NCBI GenBank assembly: GCA_965221165.1
Contig: CBDCRP010000003.1
Coordinates: 1,408,001 to 1,472,000, forward strand
From: a bacterium
GTDB lineage: Bacteria; UBA8248
Reading direction: 5' to 3'
DNA length: 64,000 nt
Shown here: in pieces, positions 44,642 to 53,904 of the stretch
How positions within the stretch are numbered: position 1 is the stretch's first letter
Layout of the letters: each line of letters starts with the position of its first letter
Made by a program: the position numbers and the translations under genes
Notes under the pieces: generated by a model
Databases searched by the model: none
Told to the model about the DNA's origin: nothing
The model's input: only the letters and a program-made list of their open reading frames with translations

Positions 44642-45310
44642 ATGACTCGAAACAACGACGATACACCCCAAAGAGAGCACAACGAACACCGGATGCGGCG
44701 TGCCTTCGGTTGGCTCGATCGGAGCGAAAAAGCCGGGGCCAACGAGGGGAAATTCATCTTTCTGTGGATCGCCTTCAACGCGGCCTACGGAGCCGAGTCG
44801 ATCGGCATCGATGAAGACAATCCCAAAGAGAACGGAAGCATCGGGACCTTCCTGCGCAAGATCATCGAACGCGACGAACATAAAAAAATAGATGCCATCC
44901 TCTGGGAGAAGCACCCCGAACCGATCCGGATTCTTCTGAACAATCAGTATATGTTCAGACCCTTCTGGCAGTGGGTGCGCGGCGATCCGGAGGGTGCGGA
45001 CTGGCGCGAGCGATTCGAGGCCGACAATGAACGGACGGAAAGAGCCATCGAGAACCAGGACGTGGGCGGCGTCTTCATGGAAGTTTTCCGGCGGCTGTAT
45101 GAATTGCGCAACCAGATCTTCCACGGGGGCGTGACGTTCGCCGAAGGATGGGGCGAGACCCAGTTCAGGGACGCCACTCGCATCATGGCGGAGCTCGTTC
45201 CGGTGATTCTCGAGATCATGAAAGCCGACATCGACGCGAACCCCGCATCCGAAATCTGGGGAAAGGCCGCCTCCCCCCGGATCAACGACAGCGGGAAGAA
45301 AGAATCGTAA
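44642..45310 (+). CDS. Apea-like HEPN-domain protein, copy 3
   Basis: [24 protein letters not shown]. Confidence 0.88.
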   Translation: MTRNNDDTPQREHNEHRMRRAFGWLDRSEKAGANEGKFIFLWIAFNAAYGAESIGIDEDNPKENGSIGTFLRKIIERDEHKKIDAILWEKHPEPIRILLNNQYMFRPFWQWVRGDPEGADWRERFEADNERTERAIENQDVGGVFMEVFRRLYELRNQIFHGGVTFAEGWGETQFRDATRIMAELVPVILEIMKADIDANPASEIWGKAASPRINDSGKKES

Positions 45311-45388
45311 GCAGCGCGCATGTACGGCCCCTCCAAGACAAACAGAAATGCCCCTGCAAGAGGGGGTGTAATTTTCCGGCCGGGGCGG

Positions 45389-45561
45389 TTGAATTTCGAA
45401 GACCAAAACCCTATCATAAAAAATGGAGGACCCAACTCTAAAAAGAAAAAGAGAAGGTTCCTCCCCGATGAGGGAAACCCACGGGGATTGTATCGCGTCC
45501 GTGCAGTCGGGGAGTTCTCTTCCACCGGCCCATGTCCAGGCGGCGGTGAGAGGCCCCGAAG
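45389..45561 (+). repeat. HEPN upstream repeat C (diverged promoter, conserved leader)
   Basis: TTGAAT-N17-TATCAT at 45389-45417; leader near-identical to repeat B. Confidence 0.82.
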
Positions 45562-46230
45562 ATGATTCGAACCACCATACAGATATCCCAAAGCGAGCAT
45601 AACGAACACCGGATGCGGCGTGCCTTCAGTTGGCTCGATCTAAGCGAAAAAGCCCAGACCAACGAGGGGAAATTCATCTTTCTGTGGATCGCCTTCAACG
45701 CGGCCTACGGGGCCGAGCCGACCGTCATGGATGACCCCCCCCTCACCGAGAACCGACTGATCAGGAACTTCCTGCACGAAATCCTGAAACGCGATGAACA
45801 TAAAAAGATAGATGCCATCCTGCTGGAGAAGCATTCCGGACCGATCCGGGTTATTCTGGAGAATCCCTACGTGTTCAAACTCTTCTGGCGATGGGCCTGG
45901 CATTCGTCGAGCGCCTATAACTGGCGCAGAGGATTCGACTCCAACAGAGAGAAAATAAGAAACGCCCTGGAAGAAAGAGACGTGCTCGTCGTTTTCAGCG
46001 AAGTCTTCCGGCGGCTGTATGAACTGCGCAACCAGGTCTTCCACGGGGGCATGACGTTCGCCAAAGGATGGGGCCAGACCCAGCTCGGGGACGCCACGCG
46101 CATCATGGCCGACGTCGTTCCGGTGATTCTCGAGATCATGAAGGCCGACATCGACGCGAACCCCGCATCCGAAATCTGGGGAAAGGTCGCCTATCCCCGG
46201 ATCGGCAAAAACGAATTTCAGGAACCATAA
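45562..46230 (+). CDS. Apea-like HEPN-domain protein, copy 4
   Basis: [24 protein letters not shown]. Confidence 0.88.
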   Translation: MIRTTIQISQSEHNEHRMRRAFSWLDLSEKAQTNEGKFIFLWIAFNAAYGAEPTVMDDPPLTENRLIRNFLHEILKRDEHKKIDAILLEKHSGPIRVILENPYVFKLFWRWAWHSSSAYNWRRGFDSNREKIRNALEERDVLVVFSEVFRRLYELRNQVFHGGMTFAKGWGQTQLGDATRIMADVVPVILEIMKADIDANPASEIWGKVAYPRIGKNEFQEP

Positions 46231-46744
46231 GGGCCGCGCGCCTGCGGCCCGGGTACGCGGCACGCGCCGGACGAGGGGCCGAGAATCGGCATTTTTACCC
46301 GATAAACATGGCGACCACCGCGAAACGATTGGGCCGTGGGACGACGACTCACGCCATTTTCAGGCTATTTTGGACGCACGATGGTCAGGCCGGGAGCAAC
46401 CCGGCCTCTTGAATATGGGATGGCGCGAACCGCCTCCTCATACTCACATGTGAATGAAAAACGCCCGCGCGGGGTGGGGCGTCTCACAAGGGAGATGACA
46501 CAGAATGCCTTGCGCGCCCCCTCCTGGATGGTTGCCCCCTCTGCGCAGCCGGGATTGATCCGCATTTGCCCGCATTTGCGGCCCCTCGGCTCCAGGCTTT
46601 CCGCGCTATGCCGCATGGCCGCGAGAGGTCGATTCCCGGACGGTTCCATATCTGAAAAAATGGTAAAAAATAGCGAAAAACAGGGAAAATAACGGATAAT
46701 AAGTGAAAATTTATATAGCTGAATTTGAAGGGGTTATGTCTTTT

Positions 46745-47992
46745 TCAGCCGATGACGACGTGCTCGCGGACCGGCTCGCCCAAGTGCTCCATCCCCGTCT
46801 CGGTAACCAGCACGGTGTACTCCGCATGCACGCCGCCCTCACCGAACCTGCCGGAGGGCAATTCCACCGAGAGCACCGCTCCCGCGGGCAGCGGGATGTC
46901 TGAATTCTCGGGCAGGAAGGGGTCGTCGAGCTTCACGGGCTCGCTCAGCGTATAGGGCAACTCGCGCGCCTCGATGCCTATCGTGTGCCCGCAGAAGGCG
47001 CCGTTATAGCGCGGCAGACCCGATTTTTTCGCCGCCGCCACCGCCGCGCGAAAAATATCGGACGGCCGCACCCCCGCCCTGATCACTCCGAAGGCGGCCT
47101 CGAGCCCCGCCTGAACGGCGTTCCACTGCGACTTGCGCTCCGCATCCGGCTCGCCGAACGAACCGCAACAGCCCACATCCGCGCAGTAGTGATTCAACCG
47201 CATTCCAGCGTCAAAGAAAAAACCGTCGCCGGGTTCGAATTTCCTTTCAGAGGGCGGAAAAATGGAGGCCGAACGCCTCCCGCCACCCAGATGAAACCAG
47301 CTCCATTTGCCGCCTCCGGCGGCCACGGTTCGGTAATAATGACTCGCCACTTCGCGCTCGGTTCGCCCCGCGGCCATCTCCTGGTGGAAGGCGACGACGG
47401 CCTGTTCGTTCAAAAGCGCCGCGGCGCGCATGCGCTCAATCTCTTCTTCCGTCTTCTGAAGGCGAATCAGCCGAAACAGATTCGAGGCATCCAGAAAAGA
47501 TATGCCCGGTAAATCCGCCTCCAGAGCGCGGCGCGTGCCCGGGCGGATTCCCTCGCTATCGAGCGCCACTTTCCCGCTCGACAAGCCCCGCTCCCGCAAA
47601 ATCCTGAGCATGGCATCGGTAGAATTCGCCTCGCGCGGGGCGTCTTCGGCGATTAAGGATATGTAATTCTTCTCCTCTTCGGTCTCTCCCGTCTCGCCGG
47701 GCGCCATATCGAGCGCCGAGCGGGGGCCATAGCCCCTCACGTCCTCGATCCATGAGCCCGTCGCCGCGTAGTAGGTCTCGTCCTGCCGGGAGAGTATCAA
47801 CCCGGGCGGAGAGGCAGGATCCCGAAAAAACAGCGCGAAGGTCTCCGTCGTGGCGTCGCCGTATGTATATTGGGCCCAGCCCTGAAAACCCGAGAGATAC
47901 AAGACGTTGTGCCGTGTCGTCGCTACCAGCGCGTCGAGATCGAACCTCTCCATGAACTCGAGAGCGCGTTGTTTGTGAAAAAGCATTAACAC
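46745..47992 (-). CDS. M24 family (Xaa-Pro peptidase-like) metallopeptidase
   Basis: Creatinase-N domain; KTEEEIERMR; D..D, GHTIG, E and E metal ligands. Confidence 0.88.
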   Translation of the reverse strand: MLMLFHKQRALEFMERFDLDALVATTRHNVLYLSGFQGWAQYTYGDATTETFALFFRDPASPPGLILSRQDETYYAATGSWIEDVRGYGPRSALDMAPGETGETEEEKNYISLIAEDAPREANSTDAMLRILRERGLSSGKVALDSEGIRPGTRRALEADLPGISFLDASNLFRLIRLQKTEEEIERMRAAALLNEQAVVAFHQEMAAGRTEREVASHYYRTVAAGGGKWSWFHLGGGRRSASIFPPSERKFEPGDGFFFDAGMRLNHYCADVGCCGSFGEPDAERKSQWNAVQAGLEAAFGVIRAGVRPSDIFRAAVAAAKKSGLPRYNGAFCGHTIGIEARELPYTLSEPVKLDDPFLPENSDIPLPAGAVLSVELPSGRFGEGGVHAEYTVLVTETGMEHLGEPVREHVVIG

Positions 47993-48022
47993 CTCAAAGA
48001 AACGGATATTTATCGTTGAATA

Positions 48023-51000
48023 TTAGCTTTTTTTGTAATCCTTGATTTGCCGGATAAGCGGAATCCCGCCGCAAACCAGGCCCGCTATCAGCATGGTGAT
48101 GCTGAAGAAAATAACGAACAGGATGAACGCGACGAAGCAAACGAACAAGAGTATCCGCTCGTATTTATAGAGCCTTTCCAGAAGCCAGCCTTGTGTTCCC
48201 GCCGAGAAGGCGATGAAGCCCAGGAGCGTCATGGAAGCTGACAGAGCGACGCGCAATGGATGCGCGAACGTGAGCAGGGCCGGGTCGAACATGAACAAAA
48301 AGGGTACGATAAAGCCCACGATGGCGAAGCGAAGAGACATCATGGACGTCTTGAAATAGGGCGCGCCCGCCAGTTTGGCCGCCACGAGCGAGGCTATCGC
48401 CACGGGCGGCGTAATGGCGGAGAGTATCGCGAAATAGAAGATGAACATATGGGCGGCTACACGGTCTCCTTTGGCGGCCACGAACTCCTTGGCCCATTCC
48501 GCTCCATAGACATGGGCGAGTTCAGGACCAACGAGTTTAATCAGTACGGGTCCACCCAAAATAGCGAGCAGCACGTATGCCGCCGTCGTCGGCATGCCCA
48601 TTCCCAATATCGCACAGCAAATCGCCGTGAGCAGCAACGCGACGAAGAAACCATCAAGACCGATATAATATGCGCACCCCCCGCCCACAGCGGCGCCGAA
48701 CAGGCATATATCATTAGCGAGGGTTTCTATCATGTAAGCAAACTTGTTACCCACGCCCGTGATGCTCAGAACCTGAACGACGACTTCGATGGTGGCCAGC
48801 GTCACGGCGAATTCAGCCCCTTGCCTGCCCCCTACCCTCAAAGCATTGCGAATGCTGAAAATCCAGTTGGAAGCACTCTGCGCGGCTTGTACGCCTGCGC
48901 CCGTCTCGCCCGTATTCTTTGCCCGCTGCAGATAGGTAAACGGATTACAAGATACGGCCAATACTTGTTTCACGCTCGGCGTCGCGCTATCGGCGTCAGA
49001 TTCTTGCGAGCCGAACGAGAAAATGACCTTCTGCACGATAATGGCCAATCCAAAAAAGATCAGGGCATCATAGATGAACCCGAAGGGAACGAACCATTCG
49101 CCGAAATTCGCTATTGGGGGGGCAAGAGCGTAAATCCCTTTTTGCACGTAATATGCGCCCACCCAAATCATGACGAAATACCAGGGTATGGTCGTGGTGG
49201 GTTGCGCCCGGTTTCCCCTGAAAACAGACCATCCACTGAGCAAAGCCAGCACAATGGCGGCCCCGGCCACGCCGGAAGACCAGCCGAAAGCATTCCATAA
49301 GGCCAGCAAAGTGAGGGGAAAGACGGCAAGCCAGTTGCGCTCTATCTCGTTCCAGAATTCACCCACCCAGGAGAAGATGCGGGTGAAAACACTTATCAGA
49401 ACGAACCCGGTGACGCCCAATGCCAGAGCGGCCCGTATGGCACCGCCCCAGGCTGGTTTTCCGTAGACGCCCAACGGCGCCCCGAAACCCAATTCGAGAA
49501 TCGAGAGGAAGGCGAACAAGAAGAAGGTAAAAACCCAAAACGTAACCGGCACAAAAACGAATACTTCATCGGCGATTGTCCTATCGCCCCTCCTCATCGT
49601 ACCCAAGAATTCCGTCACGTTTCGGTAAAACCAAATGCCCACCATGATGAAAACCGACATGACACCCGCAAACACGGGCGTTCTGCCCTCAAAGAGGAAA
49701 TAGACCAAAAACGCCAGGGGCACGAGATAGAACCACCCATTCTTGAGTTCCGCTTTCCAACTCGGAATCTCGGAAGCAGGCAATGGCTTGATATTCAGCG
49801 CACCAGCGGCGAAATGGATGTTAATCCCCACAATGGTGAAATACAAAATGGCCGGTATGGTGGCATATCCGATAATCTGGAAATATGGCACTTCGATGAG
49901 CTCACTCATGATGAAGGCGCCCGCCCCCATGACAGGCGGCATGATCTGCCCCCCGCTGCTGGCCGCCGCTTCCGCCGCTCCTGCAATGTGTGGGCTTAGC
50001 CCGATTCGCTTCATCAGGGGAATCGTGAATGTGCCGGTGGTCACGACGTTACCGGATGCGCTGCCCGACACCGTACCCATGAGCGCACTTGAACCCACTG
50101 CGGCGAGACCTGCGCCCGCGCGCATCTTTCCAAACAGGCCCAAGGCGAAATTCACGAAAAAGCGGCCCGCACCCGATTCATGCAAGAACGCTCCTAAAAT
50201 CAAAAACATGATGATGAAGGTAGCCGAGATGACGACCAAAAAGCCCAATACCCCACCGATGAAATCGGTCGAGAGTTTCGCCTGAAGTTCTATCCACGTA
50301 TGGCCGCCATGGCCAAAAGGAGGCGCGAACAGATTGCCCCAGATCCCGTAGGCCAAGGAAATCATCGCCAATGTCGGAAGCGGAGGGCCGAAACAACGCC
50401 TTGTTAATTCGATAGCGACGACAATCATGACGAAGCCGACGCGCGCATCACCGATTGTCGGAGCGCCGGGGCGATCAACCATCTCTTCATGGTAGTAGAA
50501 TAAGTACAGGCAGGCCGTCGCTACGAAAAAAAGCATGCCGGCATTCAAGCCAATGGTGAACCCGGCCGGAAAAGGGTGAGCCGGATACTCTTCAAATACC
50601 TCTTTGATGCGCCTTTTGGCCCAAAAAAGAGGAAAAGCGAATACAACCACCGGCCAAAGGGACAAGACACTTCTCACCTCATCGCTTTGCCCGGCCCATA
50701 AACCTACCCGCCATCCGATTAGAACAAGCGCTACGAAAAATACAACGAGAAAAACACCCGCTTTTTTCACCCCCTCGGAAGGCCTGAAGAAAACCGCGAA
50801 CAAGGTCCACATCGTGGGTATGGCGGAGCATGCAATTAACAACCACCAAAAGGTGGGCTCATGCGTGCTTTCTGGCAAAGAATCCCAATACCAGAACAGT
50901 ATAGGCGCAGGAACTAAGCCCAAAAACCAGAGAAAAAGCGCGAGCCAAGATTTCTCGACGACCATCATCGCTATCCAAATAGCGAACGGGAGCGCATAAA

Positions 51001-51337
51001 CCCACCAGACACTCCAGTCAGACCAGCCTTCTCCCATCTCATAGACGAAATAGAAGAAAATGACGGCGGGAACCAGGGACAAAAGATACAAAACGGGAAG
51101 AAAGTTCAACTTGCGAATCTTATCCCCGTAGATCTGAGGCATAGCACCGGCGCCGCCTATGAGAAGAATGGTATAGGCAAGAAGCATATGCATGTTGGGG
51201 TGCATTTCGCCCGGCAATGGCCGCAGATAGACTGCTGAAATGTGATACAAACCCGAGAGCACGCACAGCCATGAAGTGATGAAAACCAGAGCCCTTACGA
51301 GAGGAGCCGACTGGGCGGGGTCTGATTCAGTACTCAT
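48023..51337 (-). CDS. TAXI-type TRAP transporter fused (4TM/12TM) permease with large extra membrane insertions
   Basis: GTVSGSASGNVVTTGTFTIPLMK, ASSGGQIMPPVMGAGAF, GMGMPTTAAY, AITPPVA; about 1100 aa. Confidence 0.92.
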   Translation of the reverse strand: MSTESDPAQSAPLVRALVFITSWLCVLSGLYHISAVYLRPLPGEMHPNMHMLLAYTILLIGGAGAMPQIYGDKIRKLNFLPVLYLLSLVPAVIFFYFVYEMGEGWSDWSVWWVYALPFAIWIAMMVVEKSWLALFLWFLGLVPAPILFWYWDSLPESTHEPTFWWLLIACSAIPTMWTLFAVFFRPSEGVKKAGVFLVVFFVALVLIGWRVGLWAGQSDEVRSVLSLWPVVVFAFPLFWAKRRIKEVFEEYPAHPFPAGFTIGLNAGMLFFVATACLYLFYYHEEMVDRPGAPTIGDARVGFVMIVVAIELTRRCFGPPLPTLAMISLAYGIWGNLFAPPFGHGGHTWIELQAKLSTDFIGGVLGFLVVISATFIIMFLILGAFLHESGAGRFFVNFALGLFGKMRAGAGLAAVGSSALMGTVSGSASGNVVTTGTFTIPLMKRIGLSPHIAGAAEAAASSGGQIMPPVMGAGAFIMSELIEVPYFQIIGYATIPAILYFTIVGINIHFAAGALNIKPLPASEIPSWKAELKNGWFYLVPLAFLVYFLFEGRTPVFAGVMSVFIMVGIWFYRNVTEFLGTMRRGDRTIADEVFVFVPVTFWVFTFFLFAFLSILELGFGAPLGVYGKPAWGGAIRAALALGVTGFVLISVFTRIFSWVGEFWNEIERNWLAVFPLTLLALWNAFGWSSGVAGAAIVLALLSGWSVFRGNRAQPTTTIPWYFVMIWVGAYYVQKGIYALAPPIANFGEWFVPFGFIYDALIFFGLAIIVQKVIFSFGSQESDADSATPSVKQVLAVSCNPFTYLQRAKNTGETGAGVQAAQSASNWIFSIRNALRVGGRQGAEFAVTLATIEVVVQVLSITGVGNKFAYMIETLANDICLFGAAVGGGCAYYIGLDGFFVALLLTAICCAILGMGMPTTAAYVLLAILGGPVLIKLVGPELAHVYGAEWAKEFVAAKGDRVAAHMFIFYFAILSAITPPVAIASLVAAKLAGAPYFKTSMMSLRFAIVGFIVPFLFMFDPALLTFAHPLRVALSASMTLLGFIAFSAGTQGWLLERLYKYERILLFVCFVAFILFVIFFSITMLIAGLVCGGIPLIRQIKDYKKS

Positions 51338-51646
51338 ATTTCTCCTTCTTTCTCCACCGTGGTGGTTCATCATGGTGAAACGAAGCTATTGATGTGAAAA
51401 ATTTCATTCTAGCGGATAGGCTCATCGTTTTGCCAGCGACTCAGCGACTCATGATAATTCTCATGAACATTCCGAATTCCGTATTTCTCCATCTCCATGA
51501 GCCTTCCAATCTTCGTACTTGACCAAACCATATGGTTTTGCTTTAGAATAGCCGCCTCAGCATACATTCATGAGTTTCGATATGATGAATCGAAGCGAGA
51601 GTTGGTCTAACCAGTTTCATTACCCTACCTCAAAAAGGAGATACGA

Positions 51647-52615
51647 ATGAGGAAATCTACACTTAGGCTGATTACGCTGGCGGCAGGCCTTGCCTTGGTT
51701 ATCGGCACGGCCCCGGCGGCAAACGCAGCCAAAATACTTCTGGGTACGTCTCAGCCCGGCGGCGCCACCTTCGAGATTGGAACCGCGATGGGCAAAGTCA
51801 TCACCGATAACTCGGGCGGAAAGATTTCGGTATCTGCATCCATTACCGGCGGTTCCACCGCAAACGTCCGCACCCTTCAGAAAAAGAACAAAATGCAGCC
51901 TTTCCGCATAGGCATGGCCACTGCGCCGGCCGTTTCGTGGGGGCAAACGGGTAGAAAACCATTCAAGAAACCTCAAGACGTGCTGGCGTTAGGGGCCCTA
52001 TACCCATTGACGACTGTCTATACAACTTTTAAAACCTCCGGAATTAAAAAATGGTCCGACCTCACAGGAAGAAGATTTGTCGTCGGCGGTCGCGGGGGTT
52101 CCATTTATATCGTGACGCAGCTTGCGCTTAAACACAGTGGCGTGAATGCGAAAAAAGAGTTCTTCAACAATCCCCAGAATGCAGCCGCCATCAGAGACGA
52201 AAGAGTGGACGCGGGATTTTTCTTTCTGAACGCGAACGTTCCCGCACCCGTGTATATGGAACTCGCGCGCACGCTTTCCGGCAAACTTCATTTCTTTGGT
52301 CCGGATGAAGCCACCATCAAAGCACTGGCTACGAACGAAGCGGGCATCGTGCGCGATGTCGTGACCGCCGGCTCCATTCCCGGATACAAAAAAGACGTCG
52401 TAAGCTGGGGTCAGATGTGGACTTTGATGACCAACAGCGTAATGAGCAACGACAACGCATACGGGATCGTCAAAGCCCTGTACGACAATCACAAGCAAAT
52501 TACCAAATACCACCCAACCGGAAAGTTCGTCACCAAAAAGACCGGCCTTCGCGGCATGAAGAAACTCAAAATTCACCCGGGTGCCGCTCGTTACTGGAAA
52601 GAATCGGGCATGTAA
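51647..52615 (+). CDS. TAXI-family TRAP substrate-binding protein
   Basis: Signal peptide, GTSQPGGA, TGGSTANV, IHPGAARYWKE. Confidence 0.92.
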   Translation: MRKSTLRLITLAAGLALVIGTAPAANAAKILLGTSQPGGATFEIGTAMGKVITDNSGGKISVSASITGGSTANVRTLQKKNKMQPFRIGMATAPAVSWGQTGRKPFKKPQDVLALGALYPLTTVYTTFKTSGIKKWSDLTGRRFVVGGRGGSIYIVTQLALKHSGVNAKKEFFNNPQNAAAIRDERVDAGFFFLNANVPAPVYMELARTLSGKLHFFGPDEATIKALATNEAGIVRDVVTAGSIPGYKKDVVSWGQMWTLMTNSVMSNDNAYGIVKALYDNHKQITKYHPTGKFVTKKTGLRGMKKLKIHPGAARYWKESGM

Positions 52616-52631
52616 GCATCACCGAAACGCT

Positions 52632-52663
52632 AAAAACCCCCTGCCTCGGCGGGGGGTTTTTTT
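52632..52663 (+). terminator. intrinsic terminator
   Basis: AAAAACCCCCTGCC-TC-GGCGGGGGG followed by a T run. Confidence 0.8.
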
Positions 52664-52756
52664 GTTGGCTCGTCATGCTGCTCGCCATCCACGATGAAAA
52701 TGATGTTAGAGTCGAATCTTATCCACATGCCGACAATTCATTCGCAGGAGAAAAAA

Positions 52757-53365
52757 ATGAGCACATCCGGTTTTGAAACCTTCCGCCTGGTTAAGCCCGA
52801 TGAGGCCGAAGGAGAAGTTTCGCAAATTTACGACGAGATATGCCGACTGAAAGACCCGCGCTGGCTGGGGCCTTTGTTCGGGTTCTTCGCCCACGTGCCG
52901 GGTCTCCTCCGAGGGTTCTGGGAACTGCAAAAACGCCTGGAAGTTTTGGACGGCCACATTTCACGCGAGTTGACCAATCGCATCGCGATGGTTTGCGCGG
53001 TCGCTTCAGACTGCCCTCGTTGCGTGAATTTCCACAAAACAGACCTCATCCACCGCATGGCACTCGACGAGATCGAAGTGGAAAAACTGCATGACTTTGA
53101 AAATGCCGAATTGCCCGAGGCGGAAAAAGCGGTTTTCCGCGTGGCCAGAAAACTCACGCTCAACGAACAACTAAGCGATGAAGAGTTCCAGGCATTACGC
53201 GCGCACGGCTTTGACGAGCTAGCGATCGTGGAGATCGTCTCGGTCGCCCTGCTGGAGAGTGGCTTTGCGCGTCACGCGAGCGTTTTGGCGCGTTTCGAAG
53301 ACGGGATGGACTGGCCGGCGCAACACACGCCATCCGCCGAATACCGAAACGTCATCGACCGGTGA
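52757..53365 (+). CDS. carboxymuconolactone decarboxylase/AhpD-like protein
   Basis: EVSQIYDEI, ELTNRIAMVCAVASDCPRCVNFH (CxxC...H). Confidence 0.8.
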   Translation: MSTSGFETFRLVKPDEAEGEVSQIYDEICRLKDPRWLGPLFGFFAHVPGLLRGFWELQKRLEVLDGHISRELTNRIAMVCAVASDCPRCVNFHKTDLIHRMALDEIEVEKLHDFENAELPEAEKAVFRVARKLTLNEQLSDEEFQALRAHGFDELAIVEIVSVALLESGFARHASVLARFEDGMDWPAQHTPSAEYRNVIDR

Positions 53366-53403
53366 AGACGTATGACCATGGATTTGAATTTCTGAGAACA
53401 GGT

Positions 53404-53664
53404 TTATTTTGAGGTATGAGATTGAGACGGAACGCTCATCTGCGAATGCGCATTCTCATCGGCTCGGCTTGCCCGTAGGTTCTTTTTCAACCGCAAAAGC
53501 GATTTTGACGACACCTTTTCCGAAACATCCCGGGGCGTTTCGGCAGGATAGTTGTATAGGGTTACCAAACAGGCATCCGTCTTCCCGCGTGATTCACCGG
53601 CGGCTACGCTTGCCATACCCCCAAGAATGATAACAACAAACCCCATCATTTGAAGACAGCGCAT
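53404..53664 (-). CDS. hypothetical small secreted protein
   Basis: Signal-peptide-like N-terminus MRCLQMMGFVVIILGGMASVAA after GAGG. Confidence 0.35.
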   Translation of the reverse strand: MRCLQMMGFVVIILGGMASVAAGESRGKTDACLVTLYNYPAETPRDVSEKVSSKSLLRLKKNLRASRADENAHSQMSVPSQSHTSK

Positions 53665-53904
53665 GAAAAATCCCTCATGAAAATTCCGTCGAAACACATA
53701 CTTGGACATCATACCACGATTCTTGATGAAATGATTATTCAACTTAATCCTCTTAAAATTGCCTTGTTGAAAAACAATTCCAAGCCCTATAGAGTATGCC
53801 AAGTCTCCAAAAATCGGCGCTTTACAAATATGGCGCGTAATGGTACGCATTCGTGCGCCAATTTATGCTGAATCTATCAAACCTTATTTTGGAAGTGACC
53901 CTTC

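Noticed and set aside
44548-44814. Leader peptide MR(K/E)xHxxxIASxQSGS in the HEPN leaders
   Set aside because: Differences between copies are mostly non-synonymous and the lengths differ greatly; RNA structure explains the conservation better, though translation is not excluded.
43420-45561. HEPN-associated repeats as a CRISPR array or integron attC cassettes
   Set aside because: Units are gene-sized, with no short repeat-spacer periodicity, no cas or intI gene, and no clear attC R-box pair.
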